Positions 53,060-64,000 of a stretch of DNA of 64,000 bases are shown piece after piece. The stretch covers positions 70,742,001 to 70,806,000 of the forward strand of contig NC_043008.1 of the NCBI RefSeq assembly GCF_006345805.1. Direction: 5' to 3'. Numbering within the stretch: the first letter of the stretch is position 1; the number at the start of each line of letters is the position of its first letter. The notes beneath the pieces are model-generated. The model searched no databases. It was not told the origin of the DNA and saw nothing but the letters and a program-made list of their open reading frames with translations. Source of the stretch: Octopus sinensis. Lineage: Eukaryota. The position numbers and the translations under genes are program-made.

Positions 53060-53145
53060 ATGTGACAATTGGTTTCTGCTAGAATGCACATTTTTCTTCT
53101 GTTACTGATCACTATGTCTGGTCGGTTGTGCTTATAACTTACGAA
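53060..53145 (-). mobile_element. Short R4/Dong RLE-domain relic
   Basis: Reverse strand KHNRPDIVISNRRKMCILAE resembles ANRPDIIVKDREENTCRLIE of the intact copy. Confidence 0.5.
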
Positions 53146-53257
53146 TGTTTAGCTAGAAGAGCGGTGTAGTCGCTTGAAGCGTTGTAGCAGAGAAGTACAA
53201 AAAATACTGAAATGAGAAATAAGGAAAGCTTTTAACAAAGGCGAAATTTTAAAACGC

Positions 53258-53292
53258 TATTTATATTTCGGGCGAAAGCTCTATTATTAGAA
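53258..53292 (-). ncRNA. Degenerate minimal hammerhead relic
   Basis: Reverse strand CTAATAATAGAGC-TTTC-GCCC-GAAATATA resembles CTGATGAAGAGC-TTTC-GCTC-GAAATATA with the CUGAUGA box decayed. Confidence 0.25.
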
Positions 53293-53846
53293 TTCAGTCG
53301 AAGAAATGTCTATTTACATAGATCCCACAATTTTGGAATAGTCTGCACTGTATATTCATGAAGATGGGCTTTTGTGTCCAGAATGTAATGGCTTTTAAAA
53401 TCTCCTGCATATTTAGAAGCTTTCCTTATTTCTCATTTCACTCCTTTTTGTATTCATTTAATATATTTTTTCTAAATGCGAATGAGTATGCTTTCTTCAT
53501 CACTGTAACTTATATATCTCTCTTTCAGCCATCCTTTATTCGGATTGCATTTAATGTTTTTTTTTTCGCGTGACAATATCATGCGTCAAAAATAGTTAGC
53601 ATCATGGTAACATACACAGACTCATGCAAATACTCAATCCTTTATATATTAACCAAAATGAAGTAGATTGACAAAATTATTTTTTGAATCAGTTGAAGCC
53701 AAAAAAGACGTCGAAATATCGTTCACTAGATAACAATGGCACTCTTCTTTTAATTTTGATTCTATATCTTCAGGAGTTATCTCAATCCATTATATATTAT
53801 TATTATTATTATTATTAATAATAATAATAATAATACTACAACAACA

Positions 53847-53913
<67 letters not shown>

Positions 53914-53940
53914 ATAATAATAATAATAATAATAATTACT

Positions 53941-54118
53941 ACTATAGGCTCAGGGCCTGAACTTTGTGGGATGGGGGATTGTTGATTTCACTGTAACTTA
54001 ATTTATCGACCCCGATAGGATAAATGCAAAGAAGACCTCGGCGGATTTTGAACTTACAATGTAGCGACGAGCGAAATACCGTTAAGCATTTCACCCGGCG
54101 TGCTAAGAATTCTGGTAG
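53941..54118 (-). mobile_element. SINE family N with tail B
   Basis: ACTATAGGCTCAGGGCCTGAA..TTTATCGACCCCGATAGGA..GACCTCGGCGGATTTTGAACT..GAAATACCGTTAAGCATTTCACCCGGCGTGCTAA; (TAA/CTA)n tail at 53815-53940. Confidence 0.85.
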
Positions 54119-54847
54119 CGTAGTGCTTTTTACGCAGTGGGAGTGAATGGTGAAGGGAGAGGGGAGAAAAAAGTAATTCAGTGAAGGAGAAGTAGTGAGA
54201 GTAATAGCCATGACTGAGAGGAATTGAGAGATAGAGGAAGTGGCAAAGAGAGCTTCATGTATCTTTTACTAAAATAATAGTCTTGTGCATTTCTCCGTCA
54301 CATGTGAATGAGAAAGGAAGGGGGTGATTCACTGATGGAAGTGTGATGGGGAAAAGTCAACGGTAAAACAAAAATGAAACAGCGGTTCAACTCTCCGCGA
54401 GTATATGTGTGTGTGCGTGTAAAAGGTAGGAATACGAATGTTTGTGTGTGTGTGTGTATGTGTGTGTATGTGTGTAAAATATATTTCTATATTTGAGTGA
54501 GTGCATATTTGCTTGTGTATGTTTATTTAGAATGATACATAGAAAATAGAATTACAGCCACAGGCACATTTACACACGTATATATAAAGACACTTAAAGC
54601 TGAAGGATGCGGGCTGTGACAACGTATAGAAAACCGCGTTCGCTACAGACTGTGCTACTCATACATATAAATGTATACGTATGCATACACGCACATACGC
54701 ACATACACACACACACATGCTCACACACAGTTGAAACACTATTTGCATTTTATTTTCACATTTTTTGCCCTTTTCATATATATGAAATACTACAATTAGC
54801 CTTCATTTTCGACGGCATGGGTTCAGCTAATAATAATAATAACAATG

Positions 54848-55058
54848 CTTTCTACTATAGGCACAAGGCCTGAAATTTGAGGTGGGAGTCTAGTCGATTA
54901 CATTGATCTCAGTGATTCACTGGTACTTAATCTATCGACCCGAAAAGATGAAAGGCAAAGTCACCCACAGCGGAATTTGAACTCAGAACGTAGCAGCAGA
55001 CAAAATACCACTAAGCATTTCATCCAGCGTGCTAACGATTCTGCCAGCTCGCCTCCTT
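54848..55058 (-). mobile_element. SINE family N with tail B
   Basis: CTTTCTACTATAGGCACAAGGCCTGAAATT..ATCGACCCGAAAAGATGAAAGGCAAAGTC..CTGCCAGCTCGCCTCCTT; (TAA)n on both sides. Confidence 0.88.
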
Positions 55059-55092
55059 AATAATAATATTAATAATAATAATAATAATAATG

Positions 55093-55140
<48 letters not shown>

Positions 55141-55188
55141 GTAATAATAATAATAATAATAATAGTAATAATAATAATAATAATAATA

Positions 55189-55227
<39 letters not shown>

Positions 55228-55235
55228 CAATAATA

Positions 55236-55274
<39 letters not shown>

Positions 55275-55279
55275 TTTTT

Positions 55280-55942
55280 GTACTGATATTAGAATCGAAT
55301 TTGGACTCCAGAAGTGCAGAATAATCTATATCTAAAAAGAGGCAAGGTACAGTCCCTAGCTGGGTTAGAATTGCCGAATAAAGATTTGATTAAACAAATT
55401 GAGACGGAAGGTTACAAATACCTTGGTGTACCAGAGTTCAAAGAGATAACAGAGAAGTAGTTAATACGTGGGCAATAACATCACTGCGATATGGAGCGGG
55501 AATTATAAAATAGCAAAAGAGAGATGTGTTGAAAATGGATACTGAAACCAGAAATATCTTACGGTACAAGGAGCATTCCACCCTATGAGTGACACCGATA
55601 GGCTGCACTTGTCCAGACGAAAGGGACGGAGAGGTATGATCAGTTGCCAGGACTGTATCAAAGTAGAGGGAAATGGCTTAGGGAGCTATCTAAAAAGTGG
55701 TGTGGAGCAATTGTTGAAAAATACGAAGGCCGGCATCGTCAAAGCTGAAAATTGTGCAGCGAAAGAAAGATTTCAATAAGAAATGAACCAAAAAGGAAAA
55801 AAAGAAAGAAACGAAAACACGTACAGTAAATTTTCAAAAGATATGAACGACAAGACAGATACAGAGGATCGGTGACTATGGATGAGGAGGTGTGACATGA
55901 AGAAAGAGACTTGTACAGATATAAAGCAAAAGTCAAACATAG
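55280..55942 (+). mobile_element. Decayed R4/Dong RT C-terminal fragment in (TAA/TGA)n
   Basis: DIRIEFGLQKC, GYKYLGV, NTWAITSLRYGAGII, DTDRLHLSRRKGRRG, W.RRCDMKKET parallel FGLDKC, YKYLG, DVDRLYLPRSSGGRG and WLKSSGLKAET of the intact copy. Confidence 0.82.
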
Positions 55943-56006
55943 AATAATAACAATAATAATAACAACAAAAACAACAACAACAACAATGATAATGATGATA
56001 ATGATG

Positions 56007-56052
<46 letters not shown>

Positions 56053-56095
56053 TGATGATGATGATAATGATAATGATGATGATAATAATAATAAT

Positions 56096-56150
<55 letters not shown>

Positions 56151-56159
56151 GTTTCAAAA

Positions 56160-56346
56160 CTTTCCAGAAGGGCAGTAATTTTGGAGTGGGGAAGAGTCGG
56201 TGAGATCAATCTCAGTGTTCAACTGGTACTTATTTTATCGACTTCGAAACGATGAAAGGCAAAGTCGACCTTGGAGGAATCTGAACTCAGAACGTGGTAG
56301 CGGGCGGAATACCGCTAGGCATTTCATCCAACGATTAACAATTCTT
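56160..56346 (-). mobile_element. SINE family N, decayed
   Basis: AACTGGTACTTATTTTATCGAC..GATGAAAGGCAAAGTCGACCTTGG..GAACTCAGAACG. Confidence 0.82.
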
Positions 56347-56519
56347 TCTGGTGCATATATTTGCGATGGATGCGTGAATTAAGTTTGAATCCAGGTATAG
56401 ATTTTTCTCTGAAGTCGCAATGGGGACAATGGTGACTTTGATTTTGCCTGGAATTAGACAAATGTGTCTGTGCAGGATATAATTAATCTATTGTTCTTTT
56501 TCGCCAACGCAAATTTTTT

Positions 56520-56860
56520 TGATACACCGTGACACATTGTAAGCCATGCAGATTGATCTAGGCAATGACTTTCGCAAGGTGTCAAGTTAAGCTGTAGGAG
56601 TTTTAGTGATTGCTTCAACATGTCCTTATACCTAAGGACAGATCTTCCTCTGCCGCGAAGCCCTCCGCTTATTGGCTATAGAAAAGAACTTCTGGAATGC
56701 AGTCATTTTTCATTCGAACAACATGTCCTACCCACTTGCACTGAATTCTCAGCAGCATTCTTTGGAAACTAGAGATATTACACTTCTCTAAGATATTGAC
56801 ATTTGATATCTTATGTTGCCATCTTATGTTGCAGATATTGCGCAAACAACACATGTGGAA
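56520..56860 (-). pseudogene. RTE-clade LINE RT C-terminal relic
   Basis: CLRNICNIRWQHKISNVNILEKCN..MLLRIQCKWVGHVVRM..IPEVLFY, then GLRGRGRSVLRYKDMLKQSLK..DQSAW, typical of the RTE/BovB C-terminus. Confidence 0.85.
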
Positions 56861-58207
56861 GGTTTAGGTTTCTTTTTATGTCTGTTAAAGGGTATCCATG
56901 CTTCTGCCCCATACAAAGGAGTGCTCAAAATACAAGATTTGAATACACTTATTTTTGGTTTCAGACTGAGACCGTGTCCACCCAACAAACAATAGGATGA
57001 ATAATAATAATGATGATGATGATGATAATAATAATAAGAAGAATAATAATAAGAATAATAAGAATAAGAATTAGAATAAGAAGAATGAGTAAATTATTCC
57101 TATTTTTGCTCAAGGTGAACACATATGTGACAACAGATTGAGAATTACACTAAAGTTTTACACCTGAGAATGAATAGATATATAAATGAATGAATAATGC
57201 GAATAAAAGCAGCAAACGGAAGGAAAGAAGCGAAGGAAATGAGGAAGGAAGGATGGTATGAAGGATATATGGAAGATAAGCCAGCTGTAGTGTAAGAAAA
57301 CTGTTCAGCATTCTGCAATTTTGGATTAGTAATGAAACAAATTTAATTTTGTATTATTAATGAAGATAAATTAGTGAGAAATATTTCGTGATACATATTT
57401 GCAAGCCAATTTGATTGCAACCAGACGACAGCTTTGTCGCTATATCTTTCTCTTTCTCCAACAAGAATCACGAAAATTACAAATTAAGTTTATGTAAGTT
57501 TATTATATCTGCAACTTTTATGGATGTATTATCTTCCGTTTTTCCTGACTCACCGAATTCAATGTGTATATATATTTCCTCTTAGATTAACCACTATTAA
57601 ATTAAGCTCCATATATGACACACATATATAATACCTCGTTAAGAAGAATATATATAATGCTCATGTAACATAATAGGTTGGGTCTTAACTGTTCTTTGTG
57701 CTACATGTTCTTTTCTAGCAAATCACGCAAGCGAATATTTTATGTCGTTAGCTATTTTATCAAATGCAACTTGTTATCTGCGGATTGAACTGGATTTTTC
57801 AGCGAACGATGCTAAGAACAAAATAGATTTACGCAGATACATAACTGATAACAATAAAGGTTATTGAAGAAGGAATAAATGGGAGGGAGAATGTCCTTGA
57901 CTTGACGTTGACATATGTTGTATTCTAGGTATGTCATCATCCTTACTCTCACAAGGTCGGAGATTCAACTGGTTGATGATTTAGCTCCATGCGGTATGGC
58001 AACATCAACGATTAAAATCAAGGTTAAGATTATATTCCTCACCCGAGTTTAATGAAGCGAGGAAATATCATTGCGTAAAACACCTTAAATGAAGTTCGTG
58101 GGAATTGCTCTTTGTTTGTTGATTTGCCTGGCGACAGAATCAATTTGATTATTATTAATAATATTATCGATGCTATGGATCTTATTTAAAGTGCGCTTTC
58201 GTCATCA

Positions 58208-58422
58208 GAGGCGGTGAGCTGATAGCATCGTTAACATTCCAGACAAAATGTTTAACGGTATTTCTTTCATGTTTACGTTCTGAGTTCAAATTCCGCCGAG
58301 GTCGTTCATTACCTTTCCTCCCCTCGGAGTTTGATAAAATGAGTACCATTTGAACCCTAGTGTTGAAGTAATCAACTACTCCTCTCACTTTAAATTTCAG
58401 GATTTGTGCCTATAGTAGACAG
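58208..58422 (+). mobile_element. SINE family N monomer with tail B
   Basis: GGCGGTGAGCTG..GAGTTCAAATTCCGCCGAGGTCG..GATAAAATGAGTACC..TTGTGCCTATAGTAG. Confidence 0.82.
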
Positions 58423-58433
58423 AATTAATATAT

Positions 58434-59031
58434 AAGGCGAGCTGGCAGAATCTTTAGCACGCCGGGCGAAATGCGTAGCCGTATTTCGTCTGCCGTTACG
58501 TTCTGAGTTCAAATTCCACCGAGGTCGACTTTGACGTTCATCCTTTCGGGGTCGATAATTTAAGTACCAGTTACGCACTGGAGCCGATGTAATTAACTTA
58601 ATCCGTTTGTCTGTCCTTGTTTGTCCTCTCTGTGTTTAGACCCTTGTGGGTAGTAAAGAAATAGGTATTTCATGTGCCGTTACGTTCTGAGTTCAAATTC
58701 CACCGAGGTCGACTTTGCCTTTCATCCTTTCGGGGTCGATTAAATAAGTACAAGTTCCGCACTGGGGTCGATGTAATCGCCTCAATCCGTTTGTATGTCC
58801 TTGTTTGTCTCTTCTGTGTTTAGCCCCTTCTGGGTAGTAAAGAAATAGGTATTTTGTCTGCCGCTAAGTTTCGAGTTCAAATTCCGCTGAGGTCGACTTT
58901 GCCTTTCATCATTTCGGGGTCGATTAAATAAGTACCAGTTACGTATTGGGGTCGATGTAATCTACTTAATCCCTTTGCCTGTTCTTGTTTGCCCCCTGTA
59001 TGTTTAGCCCCTTGTGGACAATAAAGAAATA
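58434..59031 (+). mobile_element. SINE family N trimer (one head + three 184-bp tail-A units)
   Basis: Unit starts (G/C)GTATTT at 58480, 58664 and 58848; each unit ends ..TTAGCCCCTT.TGGG.AGTAAAGAAATA. Confidence 0.9.
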
Positions 59032-59963
59032 ATATAAGTAGACATAATTGATATAATTATTACAATATCTTGCCACATTTGTCATGACTCTTTAACCAAC
59101 AAGGTTAGTGTGACATTCATTCTTACGGAGTTAGTTTAAAAAAGTTCCAGAAAATTATTGGGGTCAGTGATTTCGACTAAACCCCTCCATTTAATTGTTC
59201 CTAAAATAGGAACCATTAAAAAGTCAGCTATCTAGCAGAAACGTTAGAGCATTAAAATATAGTGCTTCACGGTATTTCTTCTGACTCTTTACCCTCTGAA
59301 AAAAAAATCACATCGAGGTCAGCTTCTTCATTCATTCTTTTGAGGTCATTAAAAGTATAATATGGCCAAGCACTGAGGAGCACGGCATCGAAAAACTTTC
59401 TCCACTAAATTCTTGGCTTTCTGACAAAATTAAAAGCAATTATGATAATCGATAATATTGTGAATGATAGGAGCAAAGGGTGACAAATTAAATAACATGT
59501 GATATTAAGTTACACACTACTTTGTTTTGCGCTCAATTCCCACTGCAGTTGATCCCACCTTTCATCTTTCTTGGATCAATAAACTAAGTACTGCTTAAGA
59601 TATGCTTTAGAATTAATTCAATATAACCAGATTTTAGTTGTTACTTTGTCTCTATGTGACACAGCAATAAAATCACTGATTAAAGAGGGTATATTTGTGC
59701 TCAACGTGTCTTAAAAAAGCAACCAAACCCATCTCAGCTTTAACCTTAATGTTATAAATTGGAGAAGGATATATCTGTCAAAGGAGGAATGATGAACAAC
59801 AAGAATGGTAAGGCCATATATAGAACACCTTGGATCATGTTTGCTAGATTAGGAATATTTCTGGATAAATATCGATAATAAAAATATAGTTTAACGCTTA
59901 TGCCATACGAATACACATGTACATATATTCACGTGCATACACCGATACACACACACACACACA

Positions 59964-60020
<57 letters not shown>

Positions 60021-60105
60021 TAAATATATATAGACGTATCTCTCTCGCTCTCTCTCATTTCCACATACACCTGTACATATATCTATATGTCTATATATCA
60101 ACATC

Positions 60106-60156
<51 letters not shown>

Positions 60157-61999
60157 GCGCGCGCGTACACAAACGCATAGAAATCTACAGCTGCGACCAT
60201 TCCATTTTATATTCGTGCATTGCACTTCAGAATCACATTATGCCATGAAATCTTTTCCCTTTAATTGAAAAGAGGAGAATTTAGTCATTATTGTTAATAA
60301 GTTAAGAAATGGTTTAGAGGCTGCCCTATCCACTCTGTGTAATGAATAAATTATCGTCTGCTGCGATGCAATTTATGTTCCTTGCAACGTTTATCATAGT
60401 CTGGGATAGGTTCTACTATCTGTCACAGCCCCGTCAGTTAATTTCGACGAACCGCCCAAAGATATTGTTATAGTAAGCTTGAAATTCACTTGGTCAAAAA
60501 CCCTCAGCATAAACAATTGATCTGCAAGAAATAATAACTAAATCGTGGTCTAATATCATGTAATTCTGGATGGTATGTGACAGACGAAAAATGGGAGGAT
60601 CACAGCTGGAACGTCGTTCACTGTATTACGTGTGTTAGATCAGAGTCGGGCTGGTTATTAACAACCGCAACGACTATTCCACATGCCATCTCTAAAGACG
60701 CTTATAGCTAGAATTTTCCCACCTCTTTCTCTTTTATACTATTTCTTTGTTTTATCTAATATTTTACTATTTTAATTCCAGTGAGAAGTTCTCGCTAATT
60801 CACTCACACACAAACATCCATCCGATGCAGAATACCCACCCACATAGGGCCCCCCATTCGATAAACGGGTGCATTATCTTGACCGCTATTGTTTCCAATT
60901 TTAATATTTCACTGATTATTCAATAACTTGTATCAACTACCATCTTCTGTGTTCAGTAAATTAGTTAATTCATTAATTCAGAAATATTCTAGACTATTTA
61001 ATCTCGACATTTCTAAATGAATTTTCTTAAATTTCGAAGTTCTTATCTGTTTTGTAAGAGAATGGAATGGCATTCAGGCATGTGTTATTGTTTTTTATCA
61101 CATGTCTGTTGAACTTCATTAAGAACAAAAATCAGTGAGAGCAAGATAAACCTTAACTAAAAACTAGTATTACTCAATATGCATTTGCAATCATATTAGC
61201 ATAATAACAACTCTTTATTAATTAATAAAGTTTCCACTCTAAATTTTTCAAATAACTTTTCGATTATATACTCTTTTTTCATTTCTTCTCCCTGAATTAT
61301 ATTCTTTTATATTCCATCTTTACGGAGATAATTTTGAATATCTTCACAGATTTTTCTAAACGAATTTTATGACTTTATTACATTAATGAGGTGTTTCGTT
61401 ATGATAACCATTCTATAAAGAAATATAAAGAAACTATAATGAATATATATTGATTTCATTCAGACGTTCATGGCATTTGTATAGCCAGATATTGAGATAC
61501 TAGAAGCTCTCGGAGCAAACGTTTTCTGTTTCATATCCTCTAAGCCACTTTAAGAAGTTATCATTATGCTCAGTTTATGGAATTGGTTTAATAGGTGTCA
61601 TGGTTATACGCAAATAACACCGAGTGTATAATGTACTACCATCACTGCAGGTGAAAATGATGAATGAGGTCGACCCGTATTGAACGAGAAGCACGCATGC
61701 TTCAGTGACTGGAAGTTGTTACATCAAGACCTTTGTCTAATCTTAGAGTCACCCATTCTGAAGAGATTAAATGGTAGAAAAGCAGTTTGGCAGGGAGTTA
61801 GGGTGGGTGAGGTATGCACATGACTTACAACACCGTCCCTGAAAATACGTTTGTTACAGAAACAGGAACAAAATAAATAGACATAAGTGGTAGTCTACTA
61901 GTAGCATCTGAATTTTTTTTCGTTTTGCGCGAACGGGGCGGCGATGAAAGCTGAAAGAGAGCCAATAACATGAAGAAATTCTTGGCAAAGTGGAAAGCA

Positions 62000-62640
62000 A
62001 AGATAGTATTTTGGAATATATGAAGATTGTAGGGAAAATCGGACAGAGTTAAGTTTCACTAAACGAGGGATTTCAATGCACTCTACCTGATGAAGAAAGT
62101 AGGTAGAGATGGAATGCATAAGGCAAACACAAGAGCAATGACAGGAGGGATAGTGTTGCACATAGGAAAATACGACAGATAATATCACTGAAAGGAATGC
62201 CATCATCCAAAAGAATAATTCAGAAAAATATCTGATGCAGTGGTAACATGGCAATGACATGTTCATGAAGATCACATCGAGAAACAAATAGATTAATAAT
62301 AAAAACAATTAAATACCATCGCTGACAGTAGTGAAGTAACTAAAGAAACATTCTATGTTGAACAACAAAGGATATTGGGATACGACATGAATTTTGTAAG
62401 GGGTGACTTGCATGTGTGGGTAGGAAAAATGACAACAGGAATTACCAAACAACAACGGAAAGAAAGTTTTTTGGCAGCATCAATGAGAATGGCAGAACAG
62501 GGCGCTGCCAATCTGCTTGATATGGCCCCATCAGTGGGGTATCCTTTTCCCTCATAGCAACATTCACAATTTGATTTGGTGTTACCCTAACAGAAGAAAC
62601 ATGAACCAGATCGAATACCTAATGACCGATGGGCACCTGG
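62000..62640 (+). pseudogene. RTE-clade LINE apurinic endonuclease relic
   Basis: IVFWNI, TKETFY, FVRGDLHVWVG, INENG, HSNIHNLIW..PN..NQIEYLM match the APE motifs IGTWNV, KE.FY, GDFNAKVG, RNENG, H..IH..TW and NQIDY; many stops. Confidence 0.72.
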
Positions 62641-62959
62641 AGACGGTCACTCCTTCTCGGGCGTTAGGGAGAGGAGGGGAATCGATGTTGCGAGAAACCA
62701 TCACCACAACCTCTTCCTTCCCTTCTTCTTCCTTTTCTTTTTCCTCCTTCTCTTCGACTTCCTCCCCTTCTTTCCCTCCTACCCTTCCCCCCTCCACTAC
62801 TTCCTCTTCCTGCTGCTGCTACTACTACTACTACTACTATACTACTACTACTACTACTACTACTACTACAACTACTACTACTACTATTACTACTACTACT
62901 GTAGAAAATAGTAAAATTTCTAAAATAGACAGAACACCACAGTCTTGTGAGTAGGGCTT

Positions 62960-63135
62960 AGAGTTAACTGTTTGAAGCTAATTAGTTCGCTAATATTTTA
63001 TTTTATCGGCGCTGTAGGTTTTAAAGGTAAAGTAGACATTGACGGGATTTGAACAACTAACGCGCGCGCGCACACACACTCACACAAAACTACGCTAGCC
63101 ATTTTGTCTGAACACTAACGATTCGTTCGTTACTA
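62960..63135 (-). mobile_element. Highly decayed SINE family N
   Basis: TTTTATCGGCGC..AAAGGTAAAGTAGAC..GGGATTTGAAC..GCTAGCCATTTTGTCTGAACACTAACGATTC resembles the reverse of family N. Confidence 0.5.
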
Positions 63136-63739
63136 ATTAGTAAAGAGACCTGTAATTAACATATACGACTAACTCTCACTAAATAGTTTCAACTTTATGT
63201 AAATATTTCTTAATGTACCCGTATGTTACTCTTTAGACTAATGTCAGCACTGAGCGATATTGTAAATGTGAACACTCACTCCTTTTTCTAGGGGTGGTGC
63301 ACCCGATGTGTCCTTTTTTAATAAAACGAAGACATGCTTGAAGGAGATTTTGCTATTATTTTTAAAAGTTAAAGCAGCCACGTAGAGGATATATACTCGA
63401 ATATTGTTATGGGTGGTAGCAAAAAACACAAACAAAAAAAAACCCAAAACAATTACATGAATATCAACAAAAGCACCAGCCTCTACCTGGGTAGGTTGTC
63501 TAATTCAACGGAGAATGGTAATCTTAATAGTAATGACTTCAATTGATTTCCAATAGATTGGCTGAAACCATTCAACATTGAAGCAGTAAGTCTACCAAAC
63601 AATGAGTATTATCCACTTTTAATTTGGTGATTAAACATGGCACCTAATTAGATTTACCAGATTATATGGCGTACTGTCTGTGTGAATGTGTATGTATATA
63701 TGCGTTTGCGAGTGAGTCTCTATCTCTCTCTCTCTCTCT

Positions 63740-63799
<60 letters not shown>

Positions 63800-64000
63800 G
63801 TATATACATATGTGTGTGTGTGAGTTTGTGTGTCTGTGGCGTCTGTGTTACTGTGTGTACGTGGAAACTAGACATTCATTTTAATTCGTTTATTGAGGTA
63901 TTTGTTCGCTGAAAGTGCTCTGCTAGTAATTAGAAACTATTTGGGGCTAAGACCAATGCTATGGGAAATATGTAGTAAGAATGAACCTCAAATACACTGC

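Noticed and set aside
57830-58030. AG|GTATGT donor-like site and short open frame (YVIILTLTRSEIQLVDDLAPCG..)
   Set aside because: Upstream frames contain stops and the peptide is not recognisable.
58434-59031. Regularly spaced repeats superficially like a CRISPR array
   Set aside because: The whole 184-bp unit repeats, with no unique spacers and no cas genes, in a eukaryotic context.
62078-62110. CTCTAC-CTGATGA-A-GAAA-GTAG-GTAGAG hairpin resembling a stem-II-less hammerhead
   Set aside because: There is no stem II, the cleavage position would be G, and it lies inside RTE coding relic; likely chance.

Overview
AT-rich, microsatellite-saturated, gene-poor animal genomic DNA, most likely octopus or another coleoid cephalopod. 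This is inferred from recognising the tRNA-derived SINE families and was not checked against a database. I could not support any host protein-coding exon; nearly all supplied ORFs are translations of (TA)n, (CA)n, (TAA)n, (CAT)n or (ATCT)n tracts. The real content is mobile DNA. (1) One nearly intact ~4.6 kb R4/Dong-clade non-LTR retrotransposon (8176-12753; RT + CCHC + restriction-like endonuclease; about 4 inactivating lesions), plus seven truncated Dong relics of several subfamilies, most of them next to (TAA)n-type repeats with a consistent strand polarity. (2) About 20 copies of tRNA-derived SINEs with modular heads and tails, including 184-bp head-to-tail multimers. (3) Decayed Penelope-like RT, two RTE-LINE relics, two Tc1/mariner transposase relics and small MITEs. 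(4) A set of Penelope-type minimal hammerhead ribozyme motifs. The most notable object is a 470-bp palindromic element (33621-34090): two head-to-head arms, each built from a tRNA-like head and a hammerhead-bearing tail, flanked by a 12-bp direct repeat. It looks like a ribozyme-carrying SINE/retrozyme mobilised by a Penelope-like element.
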